A stretch of DNA of 64,000 nt from positions 288,001 to 352,000 of the forward strand of contig JAHQWK010000001.1 of assembly GCA_029856145.1 (NCBI GenBank), in the 5' to 3' direction. A model generated the notes under the pieces. That model ran no database searches. It was given only the letters and a program-made list of their open reading frames with translations, and had not been told where the DNA came from. This document shows positions 47,935-58,736 of this stretch, one piece after another. A program made the translations under genes and the position numbers. Each line of letters starts with the position of its first letter. Positions within the stretch are counted from its first letter, which is position 1. This stretch comes from Promethearchaeia archaeon (GTDB taxonomy: Archaea; Asgardarchaeota; Lokiarchaeia; Sigyniarchaeales; SOKP01).

Positions 47935-49224
47935 TTGATTGAATTGGTTAATAAAAAAGGTCAAGTGCAATGTATTAATGATGAGATACTTGAAAAACTT
48001 TCTTTAAAAAATCGGTATAAGTTCTTGAATTACAACTTAATGTCTTATTTACCGAAAGAACAATTAGATTTTCTTAAGAAAGCTCAGAAGTTTTTCATAG
48101 GGTTTGAAAAAAATAATAATATCACCCATAACGAAGATTTTTATGAGTGGATTCCCGAGATTGGTAAAGAAGGTATGGTCACTCGGTTAAATAAATTCGA
48201 ATTTCTTGATTTAAATTATGAACCATATGGATTAACAACTGAATTTATGAGAACATTAGCTTCTGATTTTTTTGATCCCCAATTTACAATGGGAATGGGA
48301 GCTAACATTTTAGCAATTAATCCACTGTTGGCACATCATGAGGATATTGAGATTCGTCTCAAAGTATTGAAAGAATTAGTTACTGGGCAAAAAAATGGGT
48401 GTATATGTATCACAGAACCCGAAAGAGGGTCTGATGCAGTTCATATGTTAACCACTTGTGAGGAACAAGAGGATGGAAGCTTTATTCTTAACGGGGAGAA
48501 AATCTACCAAACAAATGGACCTAAAGCAGATTGGGCAATAATTTATGCTGTTAGTGAAAAAAATACTGGTAACACAATGGCTCAATTCTTGGTTAACACA
48601 TCTTGGGACGGCTGGGAAGTAGAGAGGATCAATATTCCTTGGACTCCAAGAATTTTCATAGGTAAAGAAACTTTTACAAATTTAAAAATCCCTCCAGATT
48701 ATGTTATAGGTAAACCAGGAAAAGGGAGAGAGTATTTATTTGAAGGACTAAATTTAGAACGATTAGGAATTGTGCTTCTTAACGCAGCAGAAGCTTGGAA
48801 TGCAATATCTCATGCTGTTATTTATGCTAATATGAGAAAGCAATTTGATCAAGAAATTTTAAAATATCAAGGTGTTGGATTTCCTTTATCAGATTTATGG
48901 GCTGAAACTATGAACCTTACATTATCAACTTTAAATGTATGCCAAATGGTTGATAAAAAAATAGAACAGTTTGGAACCCTCCCTAAACAATTTAGTCTAG
49001 CTTTAATGGCTACAGCATCCCAATTAAAGTCTATAAGTGCCAAATTGAGTGAAAGAACAGCTTATGAATGTGCTAATCTGATGGGTGGTGCAGGGGTCTG
49101 TGATAATACATTAATGCAAGATTTATTAGGGATAACTAGAATACAAGAAATAGGAGGCGGTACAAGACAAATTCAGCAATATATTATGAGTTTAACTTTA
49201 AGACAATTATTTAAATTGCTCTAA
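47935..49224 (+). CDS. Acyl-CoA dehydrogenase
   Basis: ITEPERGSDA, LNGEKIYQTNG, RKQF, MGGAG, IGGGT; start uncertain. Confidence 0.92.
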   Translation: MIELVNKKGQVQCINDEILEKLSLKNRYKFLNYNLMSYLPKEQLDFLKKAQKFFIGFEKNNNITHNEDFYEWIPEIGKEGMVTRLNKFEFLDLNYEPYGLTTEFMRTLASDFFDPQFTMGMGANILAINPLLAHHEDIEIRLKVLKELVTGQKNGCICITEPERGSDAVHMLTTCEEQEDGSFILNGEKIYQTNGPKADWAIIYAVSEKNTGNTMAQFLVNTSWDGWEVERINIPWTPRIFIGKETFTNLKIPPDYVIGKPGKGREYLFEGLNLERLGIVLLNAAEAWNAISHAVIYANMRKQFDQEILKYQGVGFPLSDLWAETMNLTLSTLNVCQMVDKKIEQFGTLPKQFSLALMATASQLKSISAKLSERTAYECANLMGGAGVCDNTLMQDLLGITRIQEIGGGTRQIQQYIMSLTLRQLFKLL

Positions 49225-49472
49225 TATACTTTCTTCTATTTCTTTTTTTATTTTTAATTTTAAATTTTATAATTTATTACATTTTCTGAAATAGAAATAC
49301 AAATTTAATAATAGTATTAAGATTCTTTTAACTTTGTTTTAAGAAGAGACATAAATCAATAATCCTCCAAAAAAATGTCAATTTTTATAAACTTTCAAGA
49401 AGATAGTAAATAATTACTCAATATAATTTAAAAAAAAATTACTCAAAAGTAATAATTTGGATGAGTTAACAA

Positions 49473-51182
49473 ATGAATAATGAAAAAATTTGGTTAAAAT
49501 CCTATGATGATCATGTTCCTCCAACTTTAACGTATTCAACAGAAGATATTGGGACTATTTTAACACAAAATATGACCAAATTTGCTGATAAAGTAGGTTT
49601 ACACTTTATGGATAGCACCTTTCTTTATAAGGAGATATTAGAACATTCACAAAAATTTGCTACATTCTTGCAGAAAAATGGTTTCGAAAAAGGTGATGTA
49701 TTAGCAATTTGTCTGCCTAATACTCCTCAATATCTGTTCTCTGCTTATGCTACATATATAGCAGGAGGTGTTGTTACTGGATGTTCAGCACTGTTGAGTC
49801 CAGAAGAAATGGCATATCAAATGAAAGATTCGGGGGCTAAATTCTTAGTTACTATGGATATTCTTCATGAAAAGGTTTTTTCAAAAATTTATGATCGCTT
49901 AGATAATTTAAAAGTAATAGTTCCAACAAATATAGCGGAATTTATGGGTTTCGGGGGATTTAAAGTATTTATGGGAAAATTAATAAAAAAGATCCCGAAA
50001 GGTAAAATGATACCTTGGCCAGGAAAAACAGTAATTCCATTTCTAGAGGCATTAGAAACTGAAATTGATTTGAAAAAAGTTGATATTGATCCTAAAAAGG
50101 ATTTAGCGCTAATACAATATACTGGAGGCACAACAGGGCTTCCTAAAGGAACAGATATTGTTCACTCGAATTTGGTATCAAATATGCATCAATTTGATGT
50201 TTGGCTTAAGAGAGAGAAAGGAAAAGAGATACTTCTTTCTGCATTTCCTTTCTTTCATATTGCGGGATACTTCATTGGCCTTTTCTTAAATTACATAGGA
50301 GGTGCACAAATCTTAATAGCAAATCCAAGAGATACTGATCATATCATAAAAGAAATTATTGATAAGAAACCTACCAGCTTTGGAAATGTACCTACTCTGT
50401 TTTTAATGGTTCAAAATAATCCACTGTCTAAAACGATTCCGTCAGAGGTATTAAACAACATATCATTATATGTAAGTGGTGCTGCTCCTTTTCCTCCTGA
50501 AGCAATAAAGGAATTTGAAAAACAATTCCACAGTGAAAATAAATTTGTAGAAGTATATGGAATGACTGAAACAGCTGTACTTGCAACTGTTAACCCTATG
50601 TATGGGGAGAAAAAAATCGGAACTGTCGGATTAGCATTGCCAAACACTGATATTAAGTTAATCGATACAGAAACTGGGGCAGAAGTAAAAGAGATTGGAC
50701 AACCAGGTGAAATTTTAATAAAAGGACCTCAAGTAGTAAAACAATATCATAACAAACCCGAAGCTACAAAAGCTACGTTCGATAACGAGGGATATGTGCA
50801 CACAGGTGATGTTGGTATTTTTGATGAAGATGGTTATCTAAAAATCGTAGATCGTACTAAAGACATGCTTATAGTAAGTGGTTTCAAGGTGTATAGTGTT
50901 CATGTTGAAGAAGTGATGACTAAACATCCTGATATTCAAATTCTTGCGATAATAGGAATTCCTAATCCCGATAGGCCTGGAGCTGAAATTGTAAAGGCAG
51001 TTATTCAATTAAAAGAAGAAGTTGAAGCTACTGATGAAGTCAAGGAGAGTATTAAAAATTATGCAGAAAAAAATCTCTCGAAATACGAGGTTCCAAAGAT
51101 CTGGGAATTCAAGGCAGAACTTCCTTTAACTACTATTGGTAAAGTATTAAAAAGAGCACTTAGAGAAGAAGATTCAAAATAA
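49473..51182 (+). CDS. Long-chain acyl-CoA synthetase
   Basis: YTGGTTGLPKG, YGMTE, TGD, DRTKDM. Confidence 0.94.
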   Translation: MNNEKIWLKSYDDHVPPTLTYSTEDIGTILTQNMTKFADKVGLHFMDSTFLYKEILEHSQKFATFLQKNGFEKGDVLAICLPNTPQYLFSAYATYIAGGVVTGCSALLSPEEMAYQMKDSGAKFLVTMDILHEKVFSKIYDRLDNLKVIVPTNIAEFMGFGGFKVFMGKLIKKIPKGKMIPWPGKTVIPFLEALETEIDLKKVDIDPKKDLALIQYTGGTTGLPKGTDIVHSNLVSNMHQFDVWLKREKGKEILLSAFPFFHIAGYFIGLFLNYIGGAQILIANPRDTDHIIKEIIDKKPTSFGNVPTLFLMVQNNPLSKTIPSEVLNNISLYVSGAAPFPPEAIKEFEKQFHSENKFVEVYGMTETAVLATVNPMYGEKKIGTVGLALPNTDIKLIDTETGAEVKEIGQPGEILIKGPQVVKQYHNKPEATKATFDNEGYVHTGDVGIFDEDGYLKIVDRTKDMLIVSGFKVYSVHVEEVMTKHPDIQILAIIGIPNPDRPGAEIVKAVIQLKEEVEATDEVKESIKNYAEKNLSKYEVPKIWEFKAELPLTTIGKVLKRALREEDSK

Positions 51183-51299
51183 TCAACAAATAATTTAGTC
51201 TTTTTTTTATTTTTTTCTTTCAATCAATAATAAACTTAGATTTAAATATTCTAAAATTCAAAAATTATTCAATATTAAAAATTTAATTTAATTTCAATT

Positions 51300-52115
51300 A
51301 TGCGAATAGAAGATTTTGAAGATACTATTTATAAAAAGGAAGATAATGGTATATATACTGCTACAATTTCAAGACCTGAAGCAAGAAACGCCGTAACTTA
51401 TATAAGTTTCTTGGAATTATATACTGTTTTAGAGGATATGGAACAAGATAGAAATGCTAAGGTGCTCATCCTCACAGGAGATCCTAAGGGAAATGCTTTT
51501 ACATCTGGAGGTTATTTTAAACCAGAAATGATGGAACAAATGAAAAAATATCCAGAAATTGACCTTATGGATATCGCTCAAAAAAAAGTATGTATGAAAT
51601 TTTGGAATTTCAGTAAACCTGTCATAGCCGCTATTAATGGAATGGCTATAGGAGGTGGAATTACTATGCCCCTAGCTTGTGCTGATTTAATATATATGGC
51701 AGAAGATGCTTGGTTAGGATTTTTCTTCTCAAAACGGGGAATTATTCCGGAATTTGCTTGTTCATTTCTTTTACCATTACTAATTGGTTTTCAAAAAGCA
51801 AAAGAAATTTTGTATTTTGGTAAAAAAGTAACTGCGCAGAAAGCATATGAACTTGGGCTTATAAATAAAGTTCTACCAATAGAAGATTTAATTCCATATG
51901 CTAGAAAACAAGCATTAAAATTAATCCCACCAAAAGGTCCAAGTTTATCATTAAAATTGATGAAAAAAACTATGCATTCGTATTTTAAAGATATATTAGA
52001 TAGAACCTTAGATTTAGAAAATAGGGGATTAAGAAAAGCTCTTACTTCTAAAGATTTTAATGAATCGATGAAAGCTATTAAAGAAAAAAGAGATCCTGTG
52101 TTTATTGGACGTTAA
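51300..52115 (+). CDS. Enoyl-CoA hydratase/isomerase family
   Basis: RPEARNA, KPVIAAINGMAIGGG, KRDPVFIGR. Confidence 0.92.
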   Translation: MRIEDFEDTIYKKEDNGIYTATISRPEARNAVTYISFLELYTVLEDMEQDRNAKVLILTGDPKGNAFTSGGYFKPEMMEQMKKYPEIDLMDIAQKKVCMKFWNFSKPVIAAINGMAIGGGITMPLACADLIYMAEDAWLGFFFSKRGIIPEFACSFLLPLLIGFQKAKEILYFGKKVTAQKAYELGLINKVLPIEDLIPYARKQALKLIPPKGPSLSLKLMKKTMHSYFKDILDRTLDLENRGLRKALTSKDFNESMKAIKEKRDPVFIGR

Positions 52116-52260
52116 TTAAATTTTTCAATGAACTCCATAGATTTAAAATTTTCATTTATCCAAATACAAATATTTATTTTCTTTTCTCTTATTTGCTAAA
52201 AATGGAATTTTGTAAATTAAAATCTATACTTTTAAAAGTTATCTAATAGAATTATTTTTT

Positions 52261-53814
52261 ATGAATGATAGTATTTATGATGAAAGTAGGGTAATAGACA
52301 CTTATCCTGTCATTGTTATTGGAGCGGGACTCGGAGGTCTTGGTGCTGCATGTCAACTTGCCGCAGTAGGAAAAAAAGTATTACTACTCGAAAAACATAA
52401 CGTTCCTGGCGGTTTTGCTTCTTCATTTGTAAGAGGTAGATTTGAATTTGATAGCGCTTTACATGAATTGAGTGATATTGGGACAGAAGACAATAAGGGT
52501 AGCTTATATCGATTTTTAGAAAGAATTGGGGCGATTCCTGATAAAATCCAATTCAAGCAAATTCCAGAATTTTATAGAAGTGTATTTTTGGATGGATATG
52601 ATGTTACGATACCTCTTGGTTTAGAGAAATATACTGAGAAATTAATTGAATTATTTCCTTCGGAGAAAAAGGGAATTGAAGAATTTATAGATATGTGCCA
52701 AAAAGTATTAGAAGGAATTGAATTTATGGTAAAAAGAAGGGGTCAATATTCACCTGCAGAAATCCTTAAAGAACATCCATGGCTTATAAGAGTTTCTGGT
52801 ATTACATTATCAGAACTTTTTAAGAAATTCTTTACTAATAAGCGATTGATTTCAGTAATAGCACATTTATGGGGATATCTCGGGGTACCTCCTTCTAGGG
52901 TAAATGCATATGCCTATATAGCAATGATAATTACATTTTTAAAATGGGGTGCCGCTTATCCAGTTGGGCGATCGCATGCATTAACAACGGCCATGGTTAA
53001 AACCCTTGAAGAATTAGGTAGTGATATAAGATATAATGCCTTAGTAAATAGAATAATTGTTGAAGAAGGGAGAGTTAATGGTGTTGAACTTCTTAACGGC
53101 GAGATTTATCAATGTAAGACTGTAATTTCAAACGTCAATCCAATATGTACGAATATGAAAATGCTTCCTAAAGATATTGTTCCAGATAGTTATAAAAAAC
53201 AAATATATGCTCCTGAGATAGGACCATCAGCATTTTCAGTGTATTTAGGTCTAAATGCTTCGTATAAAGAATTAGGATTGCATGCTCATGAGATGACTAT
53301 AAGTGAAACAGATGATATGGATAAAGCATATGAAACATTTGCAAAAATAGAAACACCAAAATATATGGTAGCTGGTTGTTATAATCATATATATGAAGAT
53401 ATATCTCCTCCGGGAACGACACAACTTTGTGTTACAACATTACAAATGGGCAAATTATGGCAAACAATTTCACCTGATCAATATTTTAAAATTAAAGATT
53501 ATCTTACTGATAAAGTAATTGAGTTAATTGAAAAGACAATTTGCCCAAATATTCGTGATCATATAGAAATAGTAGAGGCCGCAACACCTTTAACTTATTA
53601 TCGATATTCAAAAAATTTAGAAGGAGCAATATATGGTTATACCCAAGATCTATTAGATGGCCCCAATCTTAGATTAAAAAGTCGAGGATCGATTCCAGGA
53701 TTATATCAGTGTGGAGCTTGGACAAATATAGGTGGTGGATTTTCAGCGAGTATCCTTAGTGGTAGAATTGCTGCAGGAATGTATTTAAGAGATCTTAAAG
53801 AAGGGAGGTGGTAG
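52261..53814 (+). CDS. Phytoene desaturase/RetSat-like FAD-dependent oxidoreductase
   Basis: IGAGLGGL, EKHNVPGG, ATPLTYYRY...GAIYG, GLYQCG...GGG. Confidence 0.9.
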   Translation: MNDSIYDESRVIDTYPVIVIGAGLGGLGAACQLAAVGKKVLLLEKHNVPGGFASSFVRGRFEFDSALHELSDIGTEDNKGSLYRFLERIGAIPDKIQFKQIPEFYRSVFLDGYDVTIPLGLEKYTEKLIELFPSEKKGIEEFIDMCQKVLEGIEFMVKRRGQYSPAEILKEHPWLIRVSGITLSELFKKFFTNKRLISVIAHLWGYLGVPPSRVNAYAYIAMIITFLKWGAAYPVGRSHALTTAMVKTLEELGSDIRYNALVNRIIVEEGRVNGVELLNGEIYQCKTVISNVNPICTNMKMLPKDIVPDSYKKQIYAPEIGPSAFSVYLGLNASYKELGLHAHEMTISETDDMDKAYETFAKIETPKYMVAGCYNHIYEDISPPGTTQLCVTTLQMGKLWQTISPDQYFKIKDYLTDKVIELIEKTICPNIRDHIEIVEAATPLTYYRYSKNLEGAIYGYTQDLLDGPNLRLKSRGSIPGLYQCGAWTNIGGGFSASILSGRIAAGMYLRDLKEGRW

Positions 53815-55013
53815 AAATGGAAAAAGAGATAATGAGTGATGTTAAAAAATATCAAAAGCTTGAAAAGCTGAAAAAATGGCGAGATGAGGTTCAACCAATA
53901 CCCTGGTACTTTGATGGATTAGAAAATCTTTGTGATCGAATTCATCCAGAAAAGCAGTTTCTTCAAGTTACAGATATAAAAGAACTATCTAAGGATACTA
54001 AATTATTTCGCTTCACCTCAGCAAAATTTAATAAGCCTTTAGCACCATTTCGAGCAGGTCAATATATCGGACTTATAGTTGATATTAATGGTGTTAGAAC
54101 ATCCCGACCCTTTTCACTTGTGTCATCTCCAAACCAACTTGCATATTATGAATTAGGAGTAAAAAGAAAAGAAATTGGTTTTGTTAGTATTTATCTTCTT
54201 GATAAATTAAAAGTTGGAGATATCTTAGAAGCAACTGAACCATTAGGAGATTTATATTACAATCGAGTATTTCATGGAAAAGATTTAGTTTTTATTGCAG
54301 GGGGTTCTGGGATTACTCCATTTATTTCAATGTTGAGAGATATCACTGAGCAAAACCTGAAATTAAATGTTTGGTTGTTTTTTGGGTGTTTAACTGAAGA
54401 TGATATCTTATTTAGAGAAGAACTTGAAGATATACAAAGACGACGTCCTAATATCAAAATTCATTATATACTTTCAGAACCAGGATTAGGTTGGGATGGT
54501 GCCTGTGGATTTATTACAAAAGAGAAGATCTTAGATGAGATAAAATCAACTGAAAAAAAATTCTTCTATATAGTTGGAAATAGGGCAATGTATTCCTTTA
54601 TACAAGAGCAATTAGAAGAGTTAAACATTTCTAAGTCTCGGATTATTTTTGAATTATTTGGAGTTCCTGATGATGTTACTGAAATAATAGGTTGGCCAAA
54701 AGATATAACAGCTTCAAAAAAGGTAAAGATCACCCTAGATCTTATACAACAAGGAAAAAAGGTCCAAGAAACTATAGAAGCTCCATGTGTTGAGCCATTG
54801 TTAAATAGCCTTGAAAAAGAAATGAATTTAGGAATAATAATCAATAGTGGATGTCGCTCAGGAGCTTGTGCTTTGTGCAGAACTAAACTAAAATCAGGTA
54901 AAATTTTTATGCTTCCAGAAGTAAAAATGAGAGAAATAGACCACGAATTTGGCTTTATTCATCCCTGCGTATCATATCCTTTAACAGATATTGAAATCGA
55001 AATCTTAAATTGA
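53808..55013 (+). CDS. Ferredoxin-NAD(P) reductase with C-terminal [2Fe-2S] domain
   Basis: FRAGQY, RPFSL, GFVS, AGGSGITPF, CRSGACALC...PC; start may be ATG 53817. Confidence 0.9.
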   Translation: MVEMEKEIMSDVKKYQKLEKLKKWRDEVQPIPWYFDGLENLCDRIHPEKQFLQVTDIKELSKDTKLFRFTSAKFNKPLAPFRAGQYIGLIVDINGVRTSRPFSLVSSPNQLAYYELGVKRKEIGFVSIYLLDKLKVGDILEATEPLGDLYYNRVFHGKDLVFIAGGSGITPFISMLRDITEQNLKLNVWLFFGCLTEDDILFREELEDIQRRRPNIKIHYILSEPGLGWDGACGFITKEKILDEIKSTEKKFFYIVGNRAMYSFIQEQLEELNISKSRIIFELFGVPDDVTEIIGWPKDITASKKVKITLDLIQQGKKVQETIEAPCVEPLLNSLEKEMNLGIIINSGCRSGACALCRTKLKSGKIFMLPEVKMREIDHEFGFIHPCVSYPLTDIEIEILN

Positions 55014-55027
55014 AATTGAAATCTTAA
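54990..55027. repeat. 19-bp tandem duplication spanning a stop codon
   Basis: ATTGAAATCGAAATCTTAA followed by ATTGAAATTGAAATCTTAA. Confidence 0.6.
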
Positions 55028-55098
55028 ATTCCTTTTTAACAAATTATATATTTAGAAATATAATTTGAATAAAATAAATTTAAATTGTAAAAAATAAA

Positions 55099-55509
55099 GT
55101 GAAAAAAATGAGAATTTTAACAGAAGAATGGGTTGAAGCATTTGGTAAAGCTATTAATGAAAATCCAAACTATAAACCATCAGCATTAACATGGGAAGGG
55201 GATATGCTTCTTCTTATTGAACCTAGTGGTAATTTAGATCACGAAGTTAGAGTATTTATCGGATTACATCATGGAGAATGTACGGGAACTAAATTGGTAC
55301 CAGAAGGTGAAGAAATAGAGACAGAATACATCATGGCTGGGCCTTATGATAATTTTGTAGCAGTTACGAAGAAAGAAATTGATCCAATAAGGGCTATAAT
55401 GGCGGGTAAATTAAGGCTTGAAGGGGACATGGCAAAATTAATGCGTCATACTAAGGCAGCTCTAGAAATTGTGAACAGTCTTGGACGCTTTGAATTTGAT
55501 TTTTTATAA
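55099..55509 (+). CDS. SCP2 sterol-binding domain protein
   Basis: IDPIRAIMAGKLRLEGDMAKLMR. Confidence 0.9.
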   Translation: MKKMRILTEEWVEAFGKAINENPNYKPSALTWEGDMLLLIEPSGNLDHEVRVFIGLHHGECTGTKLVPEGEEIETEYIMAGPYDNFVAVTKKEIDPIRAIMAGKLRLEGDMAKLMRHTKAALEIVNSLGRFEFDFL

Positions 55510-55625
55510 AAAAATTCTAATTTGATTTTTTTTATTAGAATGGTTTTTTCAAAGAAAGTTAAGTATTATTAATAGTCTAAGGAATTTACTCAAAATAATT
55601 ATACTAATTTTATAGGAGAAAAAAT

Positions 55626-56825
55626 ATGTGGTATTTCTATAGTCCAAATATAATTTATGGAGAAGATAGCTTAGATTTTATAGAAAATATTAAGGGAAAT
55701 AAATGTTATATAGTCACTGATAAAAATATTGAAGAACTAGGTTATCTTAAAATATTAACGGATAAACTAGAAAAATTTGGTAAGAATTTTCAAGTTTTTA
55801 ATGAGGTTATTCCAGATCCTAGAGAAGATGGTGTATTAAAGGCGAGAGAACAGTGTAAAGGGTATACTCCCGATATAATTATTGCATTGGGTGGAGGATC
55901 TGTAATAGATACTGCGAAAACAGCCTGGGTTCTTTATGAATTTCCAGAATTAAACATTGGTGATATTCATCTATTTAGATCTGATTTGTATGAGACAGGT
56001 AAAAAGGCTAAATTTGTAGCAATACCAACAACTTCGGGAACTGGTTCAGAAGCATCAAATGGAACTATTGTCTCTAAGTTTGAAGATGAGATATGGAAAA
56101 AATTTATATATGCTCATCGGGGAATAACTCCTACGTATGCTATAGTGGATCCTATATTTCCAAAAGGGATGCCTCCAAACTTAACAGTTGATACTGCTTT
56201 TGATGCATTATCACATGCTATCGAAGGTATGGTTTCTAATTGGAAGAATGAATTTTCCAATGGAATGGGTTTAAAAGCTATAGAACTAATTTTTCAATAT
56301 TTACCAATTGCTTATAAAAATGGAAAAGATATAGAAGCTAGGGATTATCTGCATCAGGCAGCAACAATGGCTGGTTTAGCATTTAGTAATTCTCAAGTTC
56401 ATATTGGCCATGGTATGGGTCATAGTTGGGGTGCTGTTTTCCATACACCCCATGGAAGAGTAGTTGGAATTTTACTTCCATACATCTCACAATTTTGCTT
56501 AAATAATCCTGATAAAGATGATGATACTTTAGAAATTTATGCTAAAATTGCTAAACAACTAGGATGGGCAAAATGGGACGATGATGCTAAAAAAGCAGCA
56601 TTTGATGCTATTGATAAAATCAAAGAACTTCAAAAGGTAGTAGGCTTTCCTTCTAAATTACAGGATTTAGGCGTTTCAAAAAAAGAGTTAGAGGAAAATA
56701 TGGATATATTAGTTGCTTGTTGTTTTCAGGATGCTACTAGTGTAATGACCCCAAGATCAATTACAGATGAATATTACAGAAAATTATTTTATTATGCATA
56801 TGAAGGTAAAGATATCGATTTCTAA
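55626..56825 (+). CDS. Iron-containing alcohol dehydrogenase
   Basis: GGGSVID, PTTSGTGSE, DALSHAIE, HGMGH, PHG. Confidence 0.94.
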   Translation: MWYFYSPNIIYGEDSLDFIENIKGNKCYIVTDKNIEELGYLKILTDKLEKFGKNFQVFNEVIPDPREDGVLKAREQCKGYTPDIIIALGGGSVIDTAKTAWVLYEFPELNIGDIHLFRSDLYETGKKAKFVAIPTTSGTGSEASNGTIVSKFEDEIWKKFIYAHRGITPTYAIVDPIFPKGMPPNLTVDTAFDALSHAIEGMVSNWKNEFSNGMGLKAIELIFQYLPIAYKNGKDIEARDYLHQAATMAGLAFSNSQVHIGHGMGHSWGAVFHTPHGRVVGILLPYISQFCLNNPDKDDDTLEIYAKIAKQLGWAKWDDDAKKAAFDAIDKIKELQKVVGFPSKLQDLGVSKKELEENMDILVACCFQDATSVMTPRSITDEYYRKLFYYAYEGKDIDF

Positions 56826-56862
56826 AACCAAAAATGAAATTTAAAAAAAAGGGATTTTAATT

Positions 56863-58710
56863 ATGGGTACTTTAAAAGGATTTGTAGGCAAAATTCTAAC
56901 AGTAAATCTTAGTAACAGTGAAATTTCCGAAGAATTACTTAATGAAGAACTCGCAAAAGACTTTCTTGGAGGTGCTGGATATTGTTGTAGGTATCTCTAT
57001 GATTATATCGATAAGGATACCGATCCATTATCTCCAGATAATATTCTAATGTTTATGACTGGCCCGTTCTGCGGTTCTACTATTCCAACAAGCGGTAGAT
57101 TTGTTGTATGTGCGAAATCACCATATACAGGAATTTGGGGCGAGTCTAATTGTGGAGGATATTTTGGCCCAGAGCTTAAGAAAGCAGGGTATGATGGGAT
57201 CATTATAAAAGGGGCTTCAGAAAATCCTGTCTATCTTGATATTAAAGAAAATAGTGTTGAAATTAAAGATGCATCATTTTTAAGGGGAAAAGGGATATTA
57301 GAAACTTCAAAAATTTTAAAGGAACAATCGGGCTCATCATTAACAAGAGTAGCTTGTATAGGTCAAGCAGGCGAAAATTTAGTTAAATATGCTATAATTG
57401 CTTCTGAAGAAAAAGCAGCAGGAAGAACAGGAATGGGCGCTGTAATGGGATCAAAGAAATTAAAAGCGATAACTGTACGAGGGAAAAAAAGACAATTTGA
57501 AGTGGTAGACTCAGAAAACTTTAAAAAATCAGTTCAGAGAGCTTTAAATGATGTAAATAAAGCTTTTACCTCTAGAATGTATGGTGATATTGGTACATCT
57601 GCAGGGATTGACTTATGGAACATGACCGGTGAATTACCAAAAAAATATTGGACTCTTGGTGAAGAATGGGAAGGTGCCTATAATATCTCTGGAATGACCG
57701 CTTTAGAGAAAACTATTACACGTAAATACCCATGTTTTTCTTGCCCAATTGGTTGTGCCAAAAAAGCAATTGTAAGAGAAGGAGAATATAAAACTGAAGG
57801 TGAAGTAGAAGCTCCAGAAGTCGAAGCACTTGAGGGTTTTGGTTCAATGATTTTAAATGATAATCTTGAATCAATCGTAAGAGCAAATGTCTTATGTAAT
57901 GATTATGGAATTGATACTATAAGTAGTAGCAGTGTAATTGCATTTTTATACTATTTGTATAACAATGATAGAATTAATTCTAAAAATCTTGATGGTCTCA
58001 ATCCTAAATGGGGAGATATTAAACCTGCTTTAGAATTCATCAAAAAAATCTCATTAAGAGAAGGAATAGGTGATTTGTTAGCTGAAGGATCGGATGCTGT
58101 GGGAAAAGAATTTAATATCCCTCAAGATGAAATAGCAACTGTTTATGGAATGGAAGTTCCATATCATGATTTACGGGCTAATTTTGGAATGACAATAGCA
58201 TATGCAATCGCTGCTCCTAGAGGGCCTTGCCATAATTCTTGTGATATGTATACAATTTCATTAGGTATTCCACTAGACCAATTTGGAATAAAAACTGTAG
58301 AAAGACACAAGGATGATTCAGAAATGGCTATAATGTGTGCGAGATTGCAAGATTATCGGGCTCTCTATAGTTCTCTACTTATGTGTAATTTTGCAAATCC
58401 TTTACCATCAATAATTACCGAATTAATTCAAACATGTTTAGGGTTAAATTGTGATATAGAAAAGCTCAAAATTATTGGTGAAAGAATCTTCATGATAAAA
58501 CGACTATTTAATCTAAAAATGGGTATTACTCCGCAAGATGATAAATTACCTAAAATATTGCTTAAACCATTAGAAGGAACTGAGAGCGCTGGCAAATCAC
58601 CTAACTTTCAGCATTTAAAAAAGGAATATTATAAATATAGACAATGGGATCTTGAAACTGGAAATCTCAATCAAGAAATATTAAATAGATTGGGTTTAGG
58701 AAACCTTTAA
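56863..58710 (+). CDS. aor: Aldehyde:ferredoxin oxidoreductase (tungstopterin AOR family)
   Basis: KSPYTG, AAGRTGMGAVMGSKKLKA, CFSCPIGC, GIDTIS. Confidence 0.92.
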   Translation: MGTLKGFVGKILTVNLSNSEISEELLNEELAKDFLGGAGYCCRYLYDYIDKDTDPLSPDNILMFMTGPFCGSTIPTSGRFVVCAKSPYTGIWGESNCGGYFGPELKKAGYDGIIIKGASENPVYLDIKENSVEIKDASFLRGKGILETSKILKEQSGSSLTRVACIGQAGENLVKYAIIASEEKAAGRTGMGAVMGSKKLKAITVRGKKRQFEVVDSENFKKSVQRALNDVNKAFTSRMYGDIGTSAGIDLWNMTGELPKKYWTLGEEWEGAYNISGMTALEKTITRKYPCFSCPIGCAKKAIVREGEYKTEGEVEAPEVEALEGFGSMILNDNLESIVRANVLCNDYGIDTISSSSVIAFLYYLYNNDRINSKNLDGLNPKWGDIKPALEFIKKISLREGIGDLLAEGSDAVGKEFNIPQDEIATVYGMEVPYHDLRANFGMTIAYAIAAPRGPCHNSCDMYTISLGIPLDQFGIKTVERHKDDSEMAIMCARLQDYRALYSSLLMCNFANPLPSIITELIQTCLGLNCDIEKLKIIGERIFMIKRLFNLKMGITPQDDKLPKILLKPLEGTESAGKSPNFQHLKKEYYKYRQWDLETGNLNQEILNRLGLGNL

Positions 58711-58736
58711 AAAATAATAAAAATATAAAAAAATAT

